Source: Armatimonadia bacterium
GTDB taxonomy: Bacteria > Armatimonadota > Zipacnadia > Zipacnadales > JABUFB01
Assembly (NCBI GenBank): GCA_039679385.1
Contig: JBDKVB010000017.1
Span: 5,399 to 69,398, forward strand
DNA length: 64,000 nt
Reading direction: 5' to 3'
Of this stretch, positions 38,101-47,361 are shown one piece after another. Numbering within the stretch: position 1 is the first letter of the stretch; each line of letters begins with the position of its first letter. A program made the translations under genes and the position numbers. Below the pieces are notes generated by a model, which ran no database searches, was not told where the DNA came from, and worked only from the letters and a program-made list of their open reading frames with translations.

Positions 38101-38813
38101 CGACGCCGCTGGTAATCCCCGGCCAGCAGGTGTAGCTCCAGCTCGCGCAGCCGGTCGGCGTACTCGTTGTACTTCCGGGCCGTCTCGGCCTCTTTCTCCA
38201 GGGGCTCGCGCTGGGAGGTCAACTCGGCCACGATGTCGGCCACGCGGGTCATGTTGGCTTCAGTGGCATCGAGCTTGCGGTTCGTCTCATCGCGCCGGAT
38301 GCGGTACTTGCGCACCCCGGCAACCTCTTCGAGCAGCTCGCGCCGGTCCTCGGAGCGGATGCTGAGGATTGCGTCGATCTCGCCCTGGCCGACAACCGAG
38401 TAGGCGCCGGGACCGACACCCGTATCGAGGAACAGGTCGCGGATGTCGCGCAGGCGCGCATTGCTGCGGTTCAGCAAGTACTCGCTCTCGCCCGAGCGGA
38501 AGAGCCTGCGGGACACGATGACATCGCTGTAATCGACACTCAGGGCGCTGTCGGTGTTGTCGATCGTCAGCGCCACCTCGGCCATCCCGAGGGGACGTCT
38601 CTGCTCGGAGCCGGCGAAGATGACATCGTGTGAGGCCTCGGTGCGCAGGGCACGGTTGCTCTGCTCGCCCAGGACCCACTGGATGGCGTCGGAGATGTTA
38701 CTCTTGCCGACGCCGTTCGGACCGACGATGGCAGTGACGCCCGGCCCGAAGTCCAGCTCGGTTCGGTCTGCGAAGGTTTTGAACCCGCGCATCTCAAGCT
38801 TCTTCAGATACAC
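35184..38813 (-). CDS. smc: Chromosome segregation protein SMC
   Basis: N-terminal Walker A (GPNGVGKSN); long coiled coils; C-terminal LSGGE signature and Walker B (VLDEIDAALD). Confidence 0.9.
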   Translation of the reverse strand: MYLKKLEMRGFKTFADRTELDFGPGVTAIVGPNGVGKSNISDAIQWVLGEQSNRALRTEASHDVIFAGSEQRRPLGMAEVALTIDNTDSALSVDYSDVIVSRRLFRSGESEYLLNRSNARLRDIRDLFLDTGVGPGAYSVVGQGEIDAILSIRSEDRRELLEEVAGVRKYRIRRDETNRKLDATEANMTRVADIVAELTSQREPLEKEAETARKYNEYADRLRELELHLLAGDYQRRRQRVGRLANELEITKADLQGTRNQLSKVDSEYERVQFEMARLADEVDHLRDAATAAERELDQTRQAQALAQERVRAAAARQEDLQVALEGRKRRSVELSEQVENVAVEYAQVVEAHGKAQQERARLDAELKEKQAAFQEKMQTVRELERTQATILEKARALENEALALSSLEQDLAERSERLSRQAEAMAQRQVELGERVAAAQARREELSQAYAARQEDLQALRQDLAQSSRDLTEHRQKCNVFSGAVTAAETRQELLEELERSHEGFSDGAKAAITAAEEGELTGVLGVVADVVNVPAKFERAIEAAFGESLQWVLTQSEEQAAAGALHLRGREVGKVSFVPLTGFTGMPAETPSVQVPGSFGPALKLVRYQRDHEPLLAHLIGSTLVVRDLETALSARQRMGVRVRMVTLAGEVVDANGVITAGGEQGAGSQAFARRRELESVTRELDIMRAALEDMWKCEEDLDLHCTRCSEDIRVAEAELSRLRSERAATDSDANHLADQLRAAQKASAELTTEADGIDERLAEAGQRRQTAQENSEKLSAEAKTVGEQIEQVRRQGVGQAEVDALRAQQVNAQVRAAELAEKERSVQHLRQRFTSELQRVTQEIAQAEAELKAAYEAQEELQSELDSPGVDLHELEQTAGAARAHVNERAAALSDLREKSAELETMRGRLNQVAQEQTDRLHRSELGLAREDTQLEAIAERLKDTYDVTPEEAFAERDEEFNEQEIRREANELRENIRKLGPVSLSAIDECDRLRAREEFLSAQLADLEAAKADLLQVIKEIDDAATEEFLLAFERMQTEFQGMFERLFGGGTTELKLTNPESPLDSGVDVIVQVPGKRQQNLLLLSGGERSLTASALLFAMLRVRPSPFVVLDEIDAALDEANVERFVNVLADFAEQSQFIIVTHNPATIKCADTLFGITMQDAGVSRLIRLELREWEDFLAEAEDRVAAVHNPHAGSRVLPTTT

Positions 38814-38989
38814 GTAGGCACATCCCGTATAGCGGTAATCGGATTACGGTCTTTGGTAAGTAGTTCCTGTGCGGCCCGGAGGAGTACAGTGGTGGCCCTG
38901 GCACAGAGGCTGATGCGCCTCCCCACAGCAACGCCCGGGGCGTGACTGCCGGGAGGATCTGACGGAGGACCCGCAGCGACCGGGTCGCT

Positions 38990-40171
38990 CTACCCCACAC
39001 ATCCGGCGCCCTGTGACGGGCGGGTCACGAAGGTGCGGCCCTGAAGCTCACACCGTGAGGTATATCGTTGGGTGACCTGCGAGCAGAACCGGTCCACCTC
39101 ATCCAGGTCAACCAGTGCCAGGACGCAGCCACCGAAGCCGGCACCCATCAGCCGGGCGCCTCGGCACCCCGGCGCCTCGCAGGCGATCTCCACCATCGCA
39201 TTGAGCTCGTCGCAACTGACCTCGTAGTCGTCGCGCAGACTGGCGTGCGAGTCGAGGAGCAACCGGCCCAGACGGGCGCAGTCACCACTCCGGAGCGCCT
39301 CGACGCCCTGCATGACACGCTCGTTTTCCGTCACCACGTGGCGCGCCCGGCGGAAGGTGTCGGGGTCGAGGCTGTCGCGATGGCTCAGGAGCACCTCCAG
39401 GGAAGCGTCGCGAAGCGAGGTGACGCCCAACTGCGCGGCAGCTCGCTCGCACTGAGCCCGGCGGGCGTTGTACTCCGACTTCACCAAGCCCCGGGGCTTG
39501 CGGGTATCACACACCACAAAGACAGCTTCCTGATGGCCGAAGTCGATGGTCGTGATGTCGCGGCTGCGGCAGTCGATCAGGAGCGCTGCTCCCTCACTGC
39601 CAAAGACGCTGGAGAACTGGTCGAGGATCCCGCACTTGACGCCCACGAACTCGTTCTCGGCCCGCTGACATAGCAGGGCGAGCTCGGTCGGGTCGAGCGT
39701 GGTCTCGTTGCACTGCAGGAGAGCCTGGGCGAAGCCGATCTCGACGGCGGCTGAGGAGGCCAGTCCGGCGCCGATGGGCAGGTCGCCGATGATCGCGGCA
39801 TCCAGGCCGCCGATGGGGATTCCGATCTCCTGCAGCGCCCAAACGACGCCACGAATATAGGTACCCCACTGCCGCTCACCGTTCAGCGGCTCCAGGCCGT
39901 TGACGCTGAACTGCTCGCGTGCCCGGAAGGCCGCCGACCATACCCGAACCTGTCCATCCTCGCGGGGCAAGGCGGCCACGTAGGTGGCCTGCACGGTTGC
40001 GGCGGGAAGCACAAAGCCCTCGTTATAGTCGGTGTGCTCGCCGAGTATGTTGATGCGCCCCGGGGCACGCGCGACCTTGCACTCACGTCCGCACCGGTCC
40101 GGGAAGGCTTGGGTCCATTCATGACGGGCCAGTGCGACCAGTCCGTCCCAGGTTTGTACAGGGCCTGCCAT
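38990..40171 (-). CDS. galK: Galactokinase (GHMP kinase)
   Basis: GRINILGEHTDYNEG galactokinase signature; GHMP motif PIGAGLASSAA; C-terminal LMGAGFGG. Confidence 0.8.
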   Translation of the reverse strand: MAGPVQTWDGLVALARHEWTQAFPDRCGRECKVARAPGRINILGEHTDYNEGFVLPAATVQATYVAALPREDGQVRVWSAAFRAREQFSVNGLEPLNGERQWGTYIRGVVWALQEIGIPIGGLDAAIIGDLPIGAGLASSAAVEIGFAQALLQCNETTLDPTELALLCQRAENEFVGVKCGILDQFSSVFGSEGAALLIDCRSRDITTIDFGHQEAVFVVCDTRKPRGLVKSEYNARRAQCERAAAQLGVTSLRDASLEVLLSHRDSLDPDTFRRARHVVTENERVMQGVEALRSGDCARLGRLLLDSHASLRDDYEVSCDELNAMVEIACEAPGCRGARLMGAGFGGCVLALVDLDEVDRFCSQVTQRYTSRCELQGRTFVTRPSQGAGCVG

Positions 40172-40291
40172 CTTGGGTAATCGTATCCGGTCTCACAGAA
40201 TCAGACACACAACTAGCGGGGAATTATAGCCCGCGCCGGAAGCGCATGTCAAACCAGCGAGGACCTTCGGCGGCCTCAGGTGGTCGCGGCC

Positions 40292-40321
40292 TTGACCAAA
40301 GGGAGGGGGCTCGTCTATACT
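40292..40321 (+). promoter_or_regulatory. Near-consensus sigma70 promoter TTGACC-N18-TATACT for the ilv operon leader
   Basis: Hexamers read directly; about 8 nt upstream of the inferred leader start. Confidence 0.55.
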
Positions 40322-40328
40322 GAAGGCG

Positions 40329-40641
40329 TAGGACAATATCGTAGAAGGCTGTGACGGGGAAGAGTAGGCGTACAACGCGATCCACAGAGAGCCGGCGAGA
40401 AGGTGAGAGTGCCGGCGGTTGCGTCCGCTGAAAGTCACCCCTGAGCCACGTGGCTGAACGGTAATGCGATCGCATCCCGAGCTCAAACCGGGGTGTGGTT
40501 GGCCAGTAAGCCAGGTCGGGTACGCCCGTTATCGCGTGAGAGAGCCGTCCCGCATGGCGGGACGGAACTTGGGTGGTACCGCGGGAAGCACAACGCCTCT
40601 CGTCCCAAGCGCCTTGCTGCGCCTGGACGAGGGGCGTTTTT
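40329..40641 (+). ncRNA. T-box riboswitch leader (tRNA-sensing transcription attenuator) upstream of ilvD
   Basis: T-box consensus AACTTGGGTGGTACCGCGGGAAG at 40566-40590. Terminator hairpin acgcctctcgtcc/ggacgaggggcgt plus ttttt at 40593-40641. Stem I elements in the correct order: AG bulge AGAGAG (40386-40391), distal loop GGTGA (40402-40406), candidate specifier GAAA-GTC-A (40430-40437). Confidence 0.7.
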
Positions 40642-40761
40642 CGTATGTCCCCATTGACCGGCCTGCCACGCACGCGAGCCCCAGGGCAGAGCGTAGTGAG
40701 AACTGGCAGGCCATGCCCGGAGCGCCCATCCCGGGCCCAACAGAAGAGGAGCGACGGAATC

Positions 40762-42417
40762 ATGCGTAGCGACCAAGCCAAATCCGGTCTGACGCAGGCG
40801 CCGAGTAGGGCCTTGCTATACGCCTGCGGCTTCACGCCCGACCAGGTCAAGGGCCTCCACATCGGCATCGCCGACAGCTCGTCGGACATCGTCCCCGGGC
40901 ACGTGGGGATGCAGATGCTTGTCCAGCACGTCATGCTCGGGATCGCCGCCGGTGGTGGCGCCCCGATGCGCTTCGGCATCCCGGCAATCTGTGACGGCAT
41001 CGCCATGGGCCACAGGGGCATGTTCTACTCCCTGCCCTCCCGTGAGCTCATCGCCGACTCGGTGGAGAGCATGGCCGAGGCCCACGCCCTCGACGGTCTG
41101 GTTCTCGTCAGCAACTGCGACAAGATCACCCCGGGCATGCTGATGGCTGCGGGACGCCTCGACATCCCCTGCATCGTCGTCACCGCCGGTCCGATGTACT
41201 CCGGTCGGCTCGAAGGCCGCCGTCTGGACCTCGTCAAGGACACCTTTGAGGCTGTCGGACGGGCGCAGGCCGGCGTCATCAGCGAGGAGGACGTCGAGCG
41301 TCTTGCCATGGAAGCGTGCCCCGGCTGCGGATCGTGCCAGGGCCTTTACACCGCCAACACCATGGCCTGCGTCACCGAGGCCCTGGGTATGAGCCTGCCG
41401 GGTTGCGGTACTGCTCTCGCCGGTCAGGCCCAGAAGATGCGGATCGGCTACGACAGCGGCGTGCGCATCTGCGAGCTCGTCCGCCAGGGCATCACGACCC
41501 GCCAGATCATCACTGAGCCCGCCATCCGCAACGCCATCCGCATTGATATGGCCCTGGGCGGCTCGACGAACACCTGCCTGCACATCCCGGCCGTCGCTCA
41601 CGAGGCCGGCGTGGATATCCCGCTGGAAGTCTTCGACGAGATCAGCAAGGCTACGCCGCAGATCGCCTACCTGCGCCCCGCCGGGGAGCACATGATGGAG
41701 GACTTCCACTGGGCCGGTGGCGTTCAGGGTGCCCTGAGCGTGCTCAAGGACTCGCTGGACGATGCCCCGACCGTTAGTGGCAAGACCGTCAGGCAGCTCG
41801 TCGCCGAGGCCAGGGTCATCAACTCCGACGTTATCCGCTCGCTGGACAACGTCTACCGCCCGGAAGGCGGGATTGCCGTCCTGCGTGGCAACGTCTGCCC
41901 CGACGGCGCCGTGGTGAAGCAGTCGGCGGTAAGCCCGGATATGCGCAAGTTCCACGGCAAGGCCCTCTGCTTTGACGGCGAGGAGCAGGCCATGGAGGCC
42001 ATCATGGCCGGGAAGATCACCGACGGCTCCTGGGTCATCGTTCGCTACGAAGGCCCGAAGGGTGGTCCCGGCATGCGCGAGATGCTCAACGCGACCGCGG
42101 CCCTGACCGGCATGGGCAAGGAAAGCTCGGTAGCCCTGCTCACCGACGGACGGTTCAGTGGCGGCACCCGTGGGCCCTGCATCGGCCACATCTCCCCGGA
42201 GGCCGCTGAGGGCGGTCCGCTGGCCCTGGTCCAGGATGGCGACGAGATCAGCCTCGACCTGGATGCCCGCAAGATCGAGCTGCACGTGGACGACGCCGAG
42301 CTGGCCCGCCGCAAGGCCAACTGGGTCGCCCCGGCCCCCAAGGTCACGAAGGGCTGGCTCGGACGCTACGCACGTCTGGTCAAGAGCGCTGCGACCGGCG
42401 GAGTCATGGAGTCCTAA
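40762..42417 (+). CDS. ilvD: Dihydroxy-acid dehydratase
   Basis: 552 aa. CDKITPGM cluster-ligand motif and SGGTRGP region typical of IlvD/Edd. ATG at 40762, 9 nt after AGAAGAGGAG. Confidence 0.9.
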   Translation: MRSDQAKSGLTQAPSRALLYACGFTPDQVKGLHIGIADSSSDIVPGHVGMQMLVQHVMLGIAAGGGAPMRFGIPAICDGIAMGHRGMFYSLPSRELIADSVESMAEAHALDGLVLVSNCDKITPGMLMAAGRLDIPCIVVTAGPMYSGRLEGRRLDLVKDTFEAVGRAQAGVISEEDVERLAMEACPGCGSCQGLYTANTMACVTEALGMSLPGCGTALAGQAQKMRIGYDSGVRICELVRQGITTRQIITEPAIRNAIRIDMALGGSTNTCLHIPAVAHEAGVDIPLEVFDEISKATPQIAYLRPAGEHMMEDFHWAGGVQGALSVLKDSLDDAPTVSGKTVRQLVAEARVINSDVIRSLDNVYRPEGGIAVLRGNVCPDGAVVKQSAVSPDMRKFHGKALCFDGEEQAMEAIMAGKITDGSWVIVRYEGPKGGPGMREMLNATAALTGMGKESSVALLTDGRFSGGTRGPCIGHISPEAAEGGPLALVQDGDEISLDLDARKIELHVDDAELARRKANWVAPAPKVTKGWLGRYARLVKSAATGGVMES

Positions 42418-42551
42418 GTTCGCTTCACAGGCTAGGAGCCGCGGGAACGAGTGATACTGAGGCACGCTTGCAGTGGTGGACTGGGCTCGTTCCCCCGGCA
42501 ACCGTCTGAGGTCGAAGGGCAAGGCTACCTTGCCCGGGAGAGGTAACAGAC

Positions 42552-44261
42552 ATGAGCAACCGCACCTTCACCGGCGCCGATGGGATGCTGAGGGTCTTCG
42601 AAGAGGAAGGCGTGGACGTGATCTTCGGCTTCCCCGGTGGGTCCGTCATTCCCATCTACGACAAGATCTATCACGCGGTGGCCGAGGGCCGAATCCGCCA
42701 CATCCTGCCGCGCCATGAGCAGGGCGGCATCCATGCTGCCGACGGCTATGCGCGCTCGACGGGCAAGGTCGGCGTAATGGTCGCCACCAGTGGCCCCGGC
42801 GCGATGAACCTGGTGACGGGCCTGGCAACCGCCTATATGGATTCGGTACCGATCGTCGCCGTCACCGGTCAGGTCAAGACCTCGGCCATCGGCAAGGACG
42901 CCTTCCAGGAGGCCGACACGATCGGCGTCACGATGCCGGTGACCAAGCACAACTACCTGGTCAAGAGCGTGGCCGACCTTCCGGAGATCACCCGAGAGGC
43001 CTTCTACATCGCCCGCACGGGGCGTCCCGGACCGGTGGTCATCGACGTGCCCTTCGATGTCAGCGCCGGTCCCTGCAACTGGGTTGATGCCCCGCGTAAG
43101 GAGATCCCCGGCTATGCACCGCCCGGCAAGGGTGACCCGGAGGCCATCCGCAAGGCCGCCGAGATGATCTCCAAGGCGGAGAGGCCGATCCTGTACGTGG
43201 GTGGCGGAATCATCGCTGCCGACGCCGCTCCCCTGCTGAAGGAACTCGCCGAGAAGGCCAACCTCTTCGTGGTTCACACCATGATGGGCAAAGGCGCCTT
43301 CCCCGAGACCCATGACCTGTCCATGGGGATGCCGGGCATGCACGGGATGGCCTACGGGAGCCATGCGCTCCAGCACGCGGGCCTGATCATCGCCATCGGC
43401 GCACGCTTCGATGACCGCGTTACCGGCGACCCGACCAAGTTTGCACCTGAGGCCGAGGTCATCCACATCGACATCGACCCCGCCGAGATCAACAAGGTCC
43501 GGCGGGCGCAGGTTGCGATCGTCGGCAATGCTCGCCTCGTGCTCGAGGAGCTCCTGCCGCAGATCCAGCCCCGTCAGCCGGGAGAGTGGGAAGCGCACCT
43601 GCGCGAGTGGCGTGCCGCCCATCAGCTCTCCTACAACGCAGACCCGGAGGACGGCGTCTCGCCGCAGTACGTCATCGAGCAACTCTGGGAAGCGACGAGG
43701 GGCGAAGCGATCGTCTGCACCGAAGTCGGTCAGCACCAGATGTGGGCCGCGCAGTACTACCGCTGCCAGTTCCCGCGCCAGTTCATCTCCAGCGGCGGCC
43801 TCGGCACGATGGGCTTCGGCTTCCCGGCGGCCATCGGTGCGCAGGTCGGCAACCCGGGCAAGGTCTGCGTGGACATTGCCGGCGACGGCTCCATTCAGAT
43901 GTGCATCCAGGAACTGGCAACCGCCGTCATCAACAAGCTGCCGGTCAAGGTGGTCATCCTCAACAACGGCTACCTGGGGATGGTGCGCCAGTGGCAGGAC
44001 CTCTTCTACGGCAAGCGCTACAGCGGCGTTGACCTGACCGGCAACCCGGACTTCGTCAAGCTCGCCGAGGCCTACGGCGCAACGGGATACCTGGTGACAG
44101 ACAAGTCGCAGGTGCGGCCGACGCTGGAGAAGTCCCTGGAGATCACCGACCGGCCGTGCGTCATCGACGTTCGCACGCCGCCGGAAGAGAACGTGTTCCC
44201 GATGATTCCGGCCGGCGCGACCTTCGCAGACATGATGGAAACCGCGCCCGTGGGCATCTAG
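42552..44261 (+). CDS. ilvB: Acetolactate synthase (AHAS) large catalytic subunit, copy 1
   Basis: ThDP-enzyme motifs GDG...NN; HEQGGIHAADGYAR; 569 aa. Confidence 0.9.
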   Translation: MSNRTFTGADGMLRVFEEEGVDVIFGFPGGSVIPIYDKIYHAVAEGRIRHILPRHEQGGIHAADGYARSTGKVGVMVATSGPGAMNLVTGLATAYMDSVPIVAVTGQVKTSAIGKDAFQEADTIGVTMPVTKHNYLVKSVADLPEITREAFYIARTGRPGPVVIDVPFDVSAGPCNWVDAPRKEIPGYAPPGKGDPEAIRKAAEMISKAERPILYVGGGIIAADAAPLLKELAEKANLFVVHTMMGKGAFPETHDLSMGMPGMHGMAYGSHALQHAGLIIAIGARFDDRVTGDPTKFAPEAEVIHIDIDPAEINKVRRAQVAIVGNARLVLEELLPQIQPRQPGEWEAHLREWRAAHQLSYNADPEDGVSPQYVIEQLWEATRGEAIVCTEVGQHQMWAAQYYRCQFPRQFISSGGLGTMGFGFPAAIGAQVGNPGKVCVDIAGDGSIQMCIQELATAVINKLPVKVVILNNGYLGMVRQWQDLFYGKRYSGVDLTGNPDFVKLAEAYGATGYLVTDKSQVRPTLEKSLEITDRPCVIDVRTPPEENVFPMIPAGATFADMMETAPVGI

Positions 44262-44323
44262 GCAGGCACTGCCCACATCGTCGCACAACCTGAGCACTGA
44301 TCCAAAACACCAGGAGACCGTGG

Positions 44324-46033
44324 ATGTCTGAGGCGACCTTCTTCGGCGCAGATGCCGTCATCAAGGTCCTGGAGAGCGAGCAGGTGGACGTCATCTTCGG
44401 CTTCCCCGGAGCGGCGGTCATCCCCATCTACGACCGCCTCTACCATGCCGAGGCCGAGGGCAGGATCCACCACGTACTCACTCGTCATGAGCAGGGCGCC
44501 GTCCATGCTGCGGACGGCTATGCGCGGGCGACCGGCAAGGTCGGCGTATGCATCGCCACCAGCGGCCCCGGCGCGATGAACCTGATAACCGGCATCGCCA
44601 CGGCCTACATGGACTCGGTTCCCCTGGTCGCCCTTACCGGCCAGGTGCGCACCGGGATCATCGGTAAGGACGCCTTCCAGGAGGCCGATACCTTCGGCGT
44701 CACGATGCCGATTACCAAACACAACTACCTGGTGAAGGATGCCGGCAGACTCGCGGAGGTGCTGCGCGAAGCCTTCTACATCGCTCGCACAGGCCGGCCG
44801 GGACCGGTGCTGGTCGATATCCCCGTGGATCTCACCAACACTCCTTGCGAGTGGCACGAGGATGGGCACAAGCAGATTCCCGGCTACAACCCGCCGGGCA
44901 AGGGTGACCCCGAGGCACTCCGCCAGGCAGCCGAGCTGATCTCGAAGGCCGAGCGCCCGGTTCTGTACGTCGGCGGCGGCGTGATCGCCTCCGGCGCGTC
45001 AGACCTCGTGCGGCAACTCGCCGAGAAGGCCAGCCTGTACACGGTGCACACCCTGATGGCGAAGGGCGCCTTCCCTGAGGACCACGAGCTATCCATGGGC
45101 ATGCCCGGGATGCACGGGACCGCCTACGCCACTCACGCGATGCATCACGCGGGGCTCATCATCTCGGTCGGCGCACGCTTCGACGACCGTGTCACCGGCG
45201 ACCCGAGCAAGTTCGCTCCTGAGGCCGAGGTCATCCACATCGATATCGACCCCGCCGAGATCAACAAGGTCCGTCGGGCACGGGTCGGAATCGTCGGAGA
45301 CGCCCGCGAAGTCCTGGAGGAGCTCTTGCCGCTCGTGAAGCCGCGCCGACCTGGTGAGTGGGAAGCGCACCTCAAGGAGTGGCGTGCCGATCATCCGCTC
45401 AGCTACAACGCCGATCCGGAGGACGGCGTCTCGCCGCAGTACGTCATCGAGCAACTCTGGGAAGCCACGAAGGGCGAAGCCGTCGTCTGTACCGAGGTCG
45501 GTCAGCACCAGATGTGGGCCGCCCAGTACTACCGATGCCGATACCCGCGCCAGTTCATCAGCAGCGGCGGCCTGGGGACGATGGGCTATGGGTTTCCCGC
45601 AGCCATCGGCGCACAGATCGGGTGCCCGGACAGGACCGTGGTAGACATCGCCGGTGACGGTTCGATCCAGATGTGCATCCAGGAACTGGCGACCGCCGTC
45701 ATCCAGAAGCTGCCGGTCAAGATTGTCATTCTCAACAACGGCTACCTGGGAATGGTGCGGCAGTGGCAGGACCTGTTCTATGGCAAGCGCTATAGTGGCG
45801 TCGACCTGAGCGGCAATCCGGATTTCGTCAAGCTTGCCGAGGCCTACAGTGCTGCCGGTTTCCTGGTCACCGACAAGGCGCAAGTGCGGCCGACGCTGGA
45901 CAAGGCGATGCAGATCACGGATCGGCCCTGCCTGATCGACGTTCACACGCCGCCCGAGGAGAACGTGTTCCCGATGATCCCGGCCGGCAAGACCTTTGAG
46001 GACATGATGGAGACCGCCCCGGTCGGGGTGTAG
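44324..46033 (+). CDS. ilvB: Acetolactate synthase large subunit, tandem paralogue (copy 2)
   Basis: 569 aa. About 78-80% amino-acid identity to copy 1 by eye, with long identical nucleotide runs (for example gaggacggcgtctcgccgcagtacgtcatcgagcaactctgggaagc in both). Confidence 0.9.
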   Translation: MSEATFFGADAVIKVLESEQVDVIFGFPGAAVIPIYDRLYHAEAEGRIHHVLTRHEQGAVHAADGYARATGKVGVCIATSGPGAMNLITGIATAYMDSVPLVALTGQVRTGIIGKDAFQEADTFGVTMPITKHNYLVKDAGRLAEVLREAFYIARTGRPGPVLVDIPVDLTNTPCEWHEDGHKQIPGYNPPGKGDPEALRQAAELISKAERPVLYVGGGVIASGASDLVRQLAEKASLYTVHTLMAKGAFPEDHELSMGMPGMHGTAYATHAMHHAGLIISVGARFDDRVTGDPSKFAPEAEVIHIDIDPAEINKVRRARVGIVGDAREVLEELLPLVKPRRPGEWEAHLKEWRADHPLSYNADPEDGVSPQYVIEQLWEATKGEAVVCTEVGQHQMWAAQYYRCRYPRQFISSGGLGTMGYGFPAAIGAQIGCPDRTVVDIAGDGSIQMCIQELATAVIQKLPVKIVILNNGYLGMVRQWQDLFYGKRYSGVDLSGNPDFVKLAEAYSAAGFLVTDKAQVRPTLDKAMQITDRPCLIDVHTPPEENVFPMIPAGKTFEDMMETAPVGV

Positions 46034-46077
46034 CGCTCCGGTGCGACCTCACCAACTTTGACGGGAGGCAAGCTGGT

Positions 46078-46563
46078 ATGAAACACACCATCTCAGCCAG
46101 GGTCGAGAACAAGCCGGGCGTGTTGGCGCGGATGTCCGGGCTGTTCGCTCGCCGTGGCTTCAACATCGACAGCCTGGCCGTCAGTACCACCGAGGACCCG
46201 GGCGTGTCTCGCATGACGATCACGGTCACCGGCGACGAGTTCACGCTGGAGCAGATCTGCAACCAACTGGTCAAGCTAGTGGACGTAATCGAGGTCGTTG
46301 ACCACACCAACGACGCCTACGTGGACCGCGAACTGTGCTTGTGCAAGGTCTGCTGCGACGCCCAGACTCGCCACGACATCATCGACCTGTGCAACATCTT
46401 CCGCGCGGACGTGGTCGATGTCGGCAACGAGACCCTGATCCTGCAGATCACCGGCGACGAGGACAAGATTGACGCCTTCGTTCGCACGATGGAGCAGTTC
46501 GGTGTCCGTGAGATGGTCCGCACGGGCAAGATTCTCCTGGTCCGAGGAGTGCAGCGAACCTAG
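46078..46563 (+). CDS. ilvN: Acetolactate synthase small regulatory subunit (ACT domain)
   Basis: MKHTISARVENKPGVLARMSGLFARRGFNIDSLAV motif. Confidence 0.85.
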   Translation: MKHTISARVENKPGVLARMSGLFARRGFNIDSLAVSTTEDPGVSRMTITVTGDEFTLEQICNQLVKLVDVIEVVDHTNDAYVDRELCLCKVCCDAQTRHDIIDLCNIFRADVVDVGNETLILQITGDEDKIDAFVRTMEQFGVREMVRTGKILLVRGVQRT

Positions 46564-46588
46564 GGTAGTCGACCGGAGGTGTTCGGCC

Positions 46589-47335
46589 ATGGCTCCCGGC
46601 GTCGTCCGCTTCTGTGTTGTGTTGTTGTGTTGTCTGGTGACCGTCAGCTCATGGGCGCAGCTCGGTTACCAGGACCGTCGCGAGGACATGCTGGTACGGG
46701 TCGACTTCAGCCGGTCGCAGGTGAAGGACTGTCTGCTCACGGGTGCCACCTTCACCTCAACGAACCTGCGGGAGGCCGGCTTCGAGCGCAGCGACCTCAG
46801 CTCGGCGAAGCTGCGGAACTGCAAACTCGACGGCGTCAGCCTCACAGAGGTGGCCGGTGACGGTCTCCAGGCCCAGCGGCTGACGCTGACCAGGCCGAAG
46901 CTCAGTAGCAGCTCTCTCACGGCGCTGGAGTGGGACTCAGGGACCTTGAGCGGACGGCTGCAGAGCATTGAAATCACGGGGCTGAAGTTGTATCGTTGCG
47001 AGAGCCGCGATCTGCTCCTTGACCACCTGACCTGCCGCGACCTGGTGGCCACGGGATTGGATATCGACGGGCTGCGCGCCTCGGACTGCGAGCTCTCCGA
47101 CGTGCAACTCAGCAACGTACAGATGGCCGGTTCACGCTGGTCGCGAGTCGAAGCGCAGCGCTCGCGCCTCGAGGACGTGGAGCTGCAGGACAGCCGACTC
47201 GAGGACTGCGACCTGTCCTATGTCCGGGCCGAAGGCTGCGACCTAAGTCATGCGCGGTTCGACAGGTGCGACCTCCGGGGCCTGGTCATCAACGGCTACG
47301 ACATCGAGGAGCTGATCCGTCGGGCCGGAAGGTAG
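46589..47335 (+). CDS. Secreted pentapeptide-repeat protein
   Basis: Signal peptide MAPGVVRFCVVLLCCLVTVSSWA-QL, then A(D/N)LxxA(D/N)Lxx-type 5-residue periodicity throughout (RSDLSSAKLRNCKLDGVSLTEVAGD...). Start at 46589, 6 nt after GGAGGTG. Confidence 0.75.
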   Translation: MAPGVVRFCVVLLCCLVTVSSWAQLGYQDRREDMLVRVDFSRSQVKDCLLTGATFTSTNLREAGFERSDLSSAKLRNCKLDGVSLTEVAGDGLQAQRLTLTRPKLSSSSLTALEWDSGTLSGRLQSIEITGLKLYRCESRDLLLDHLTCRDLVATGLDIDGLRASDCELSDVQLSNVQMAGSRWSRVEAQRSRLEDVELQDSRLEDCDLSYVRAEGCDLSHARFDRCDLRGLVINGYDIEELIRRAGR

Positions 47336-47361
47336 CCCAACGGACAGCCGAGGTCAGTCAC

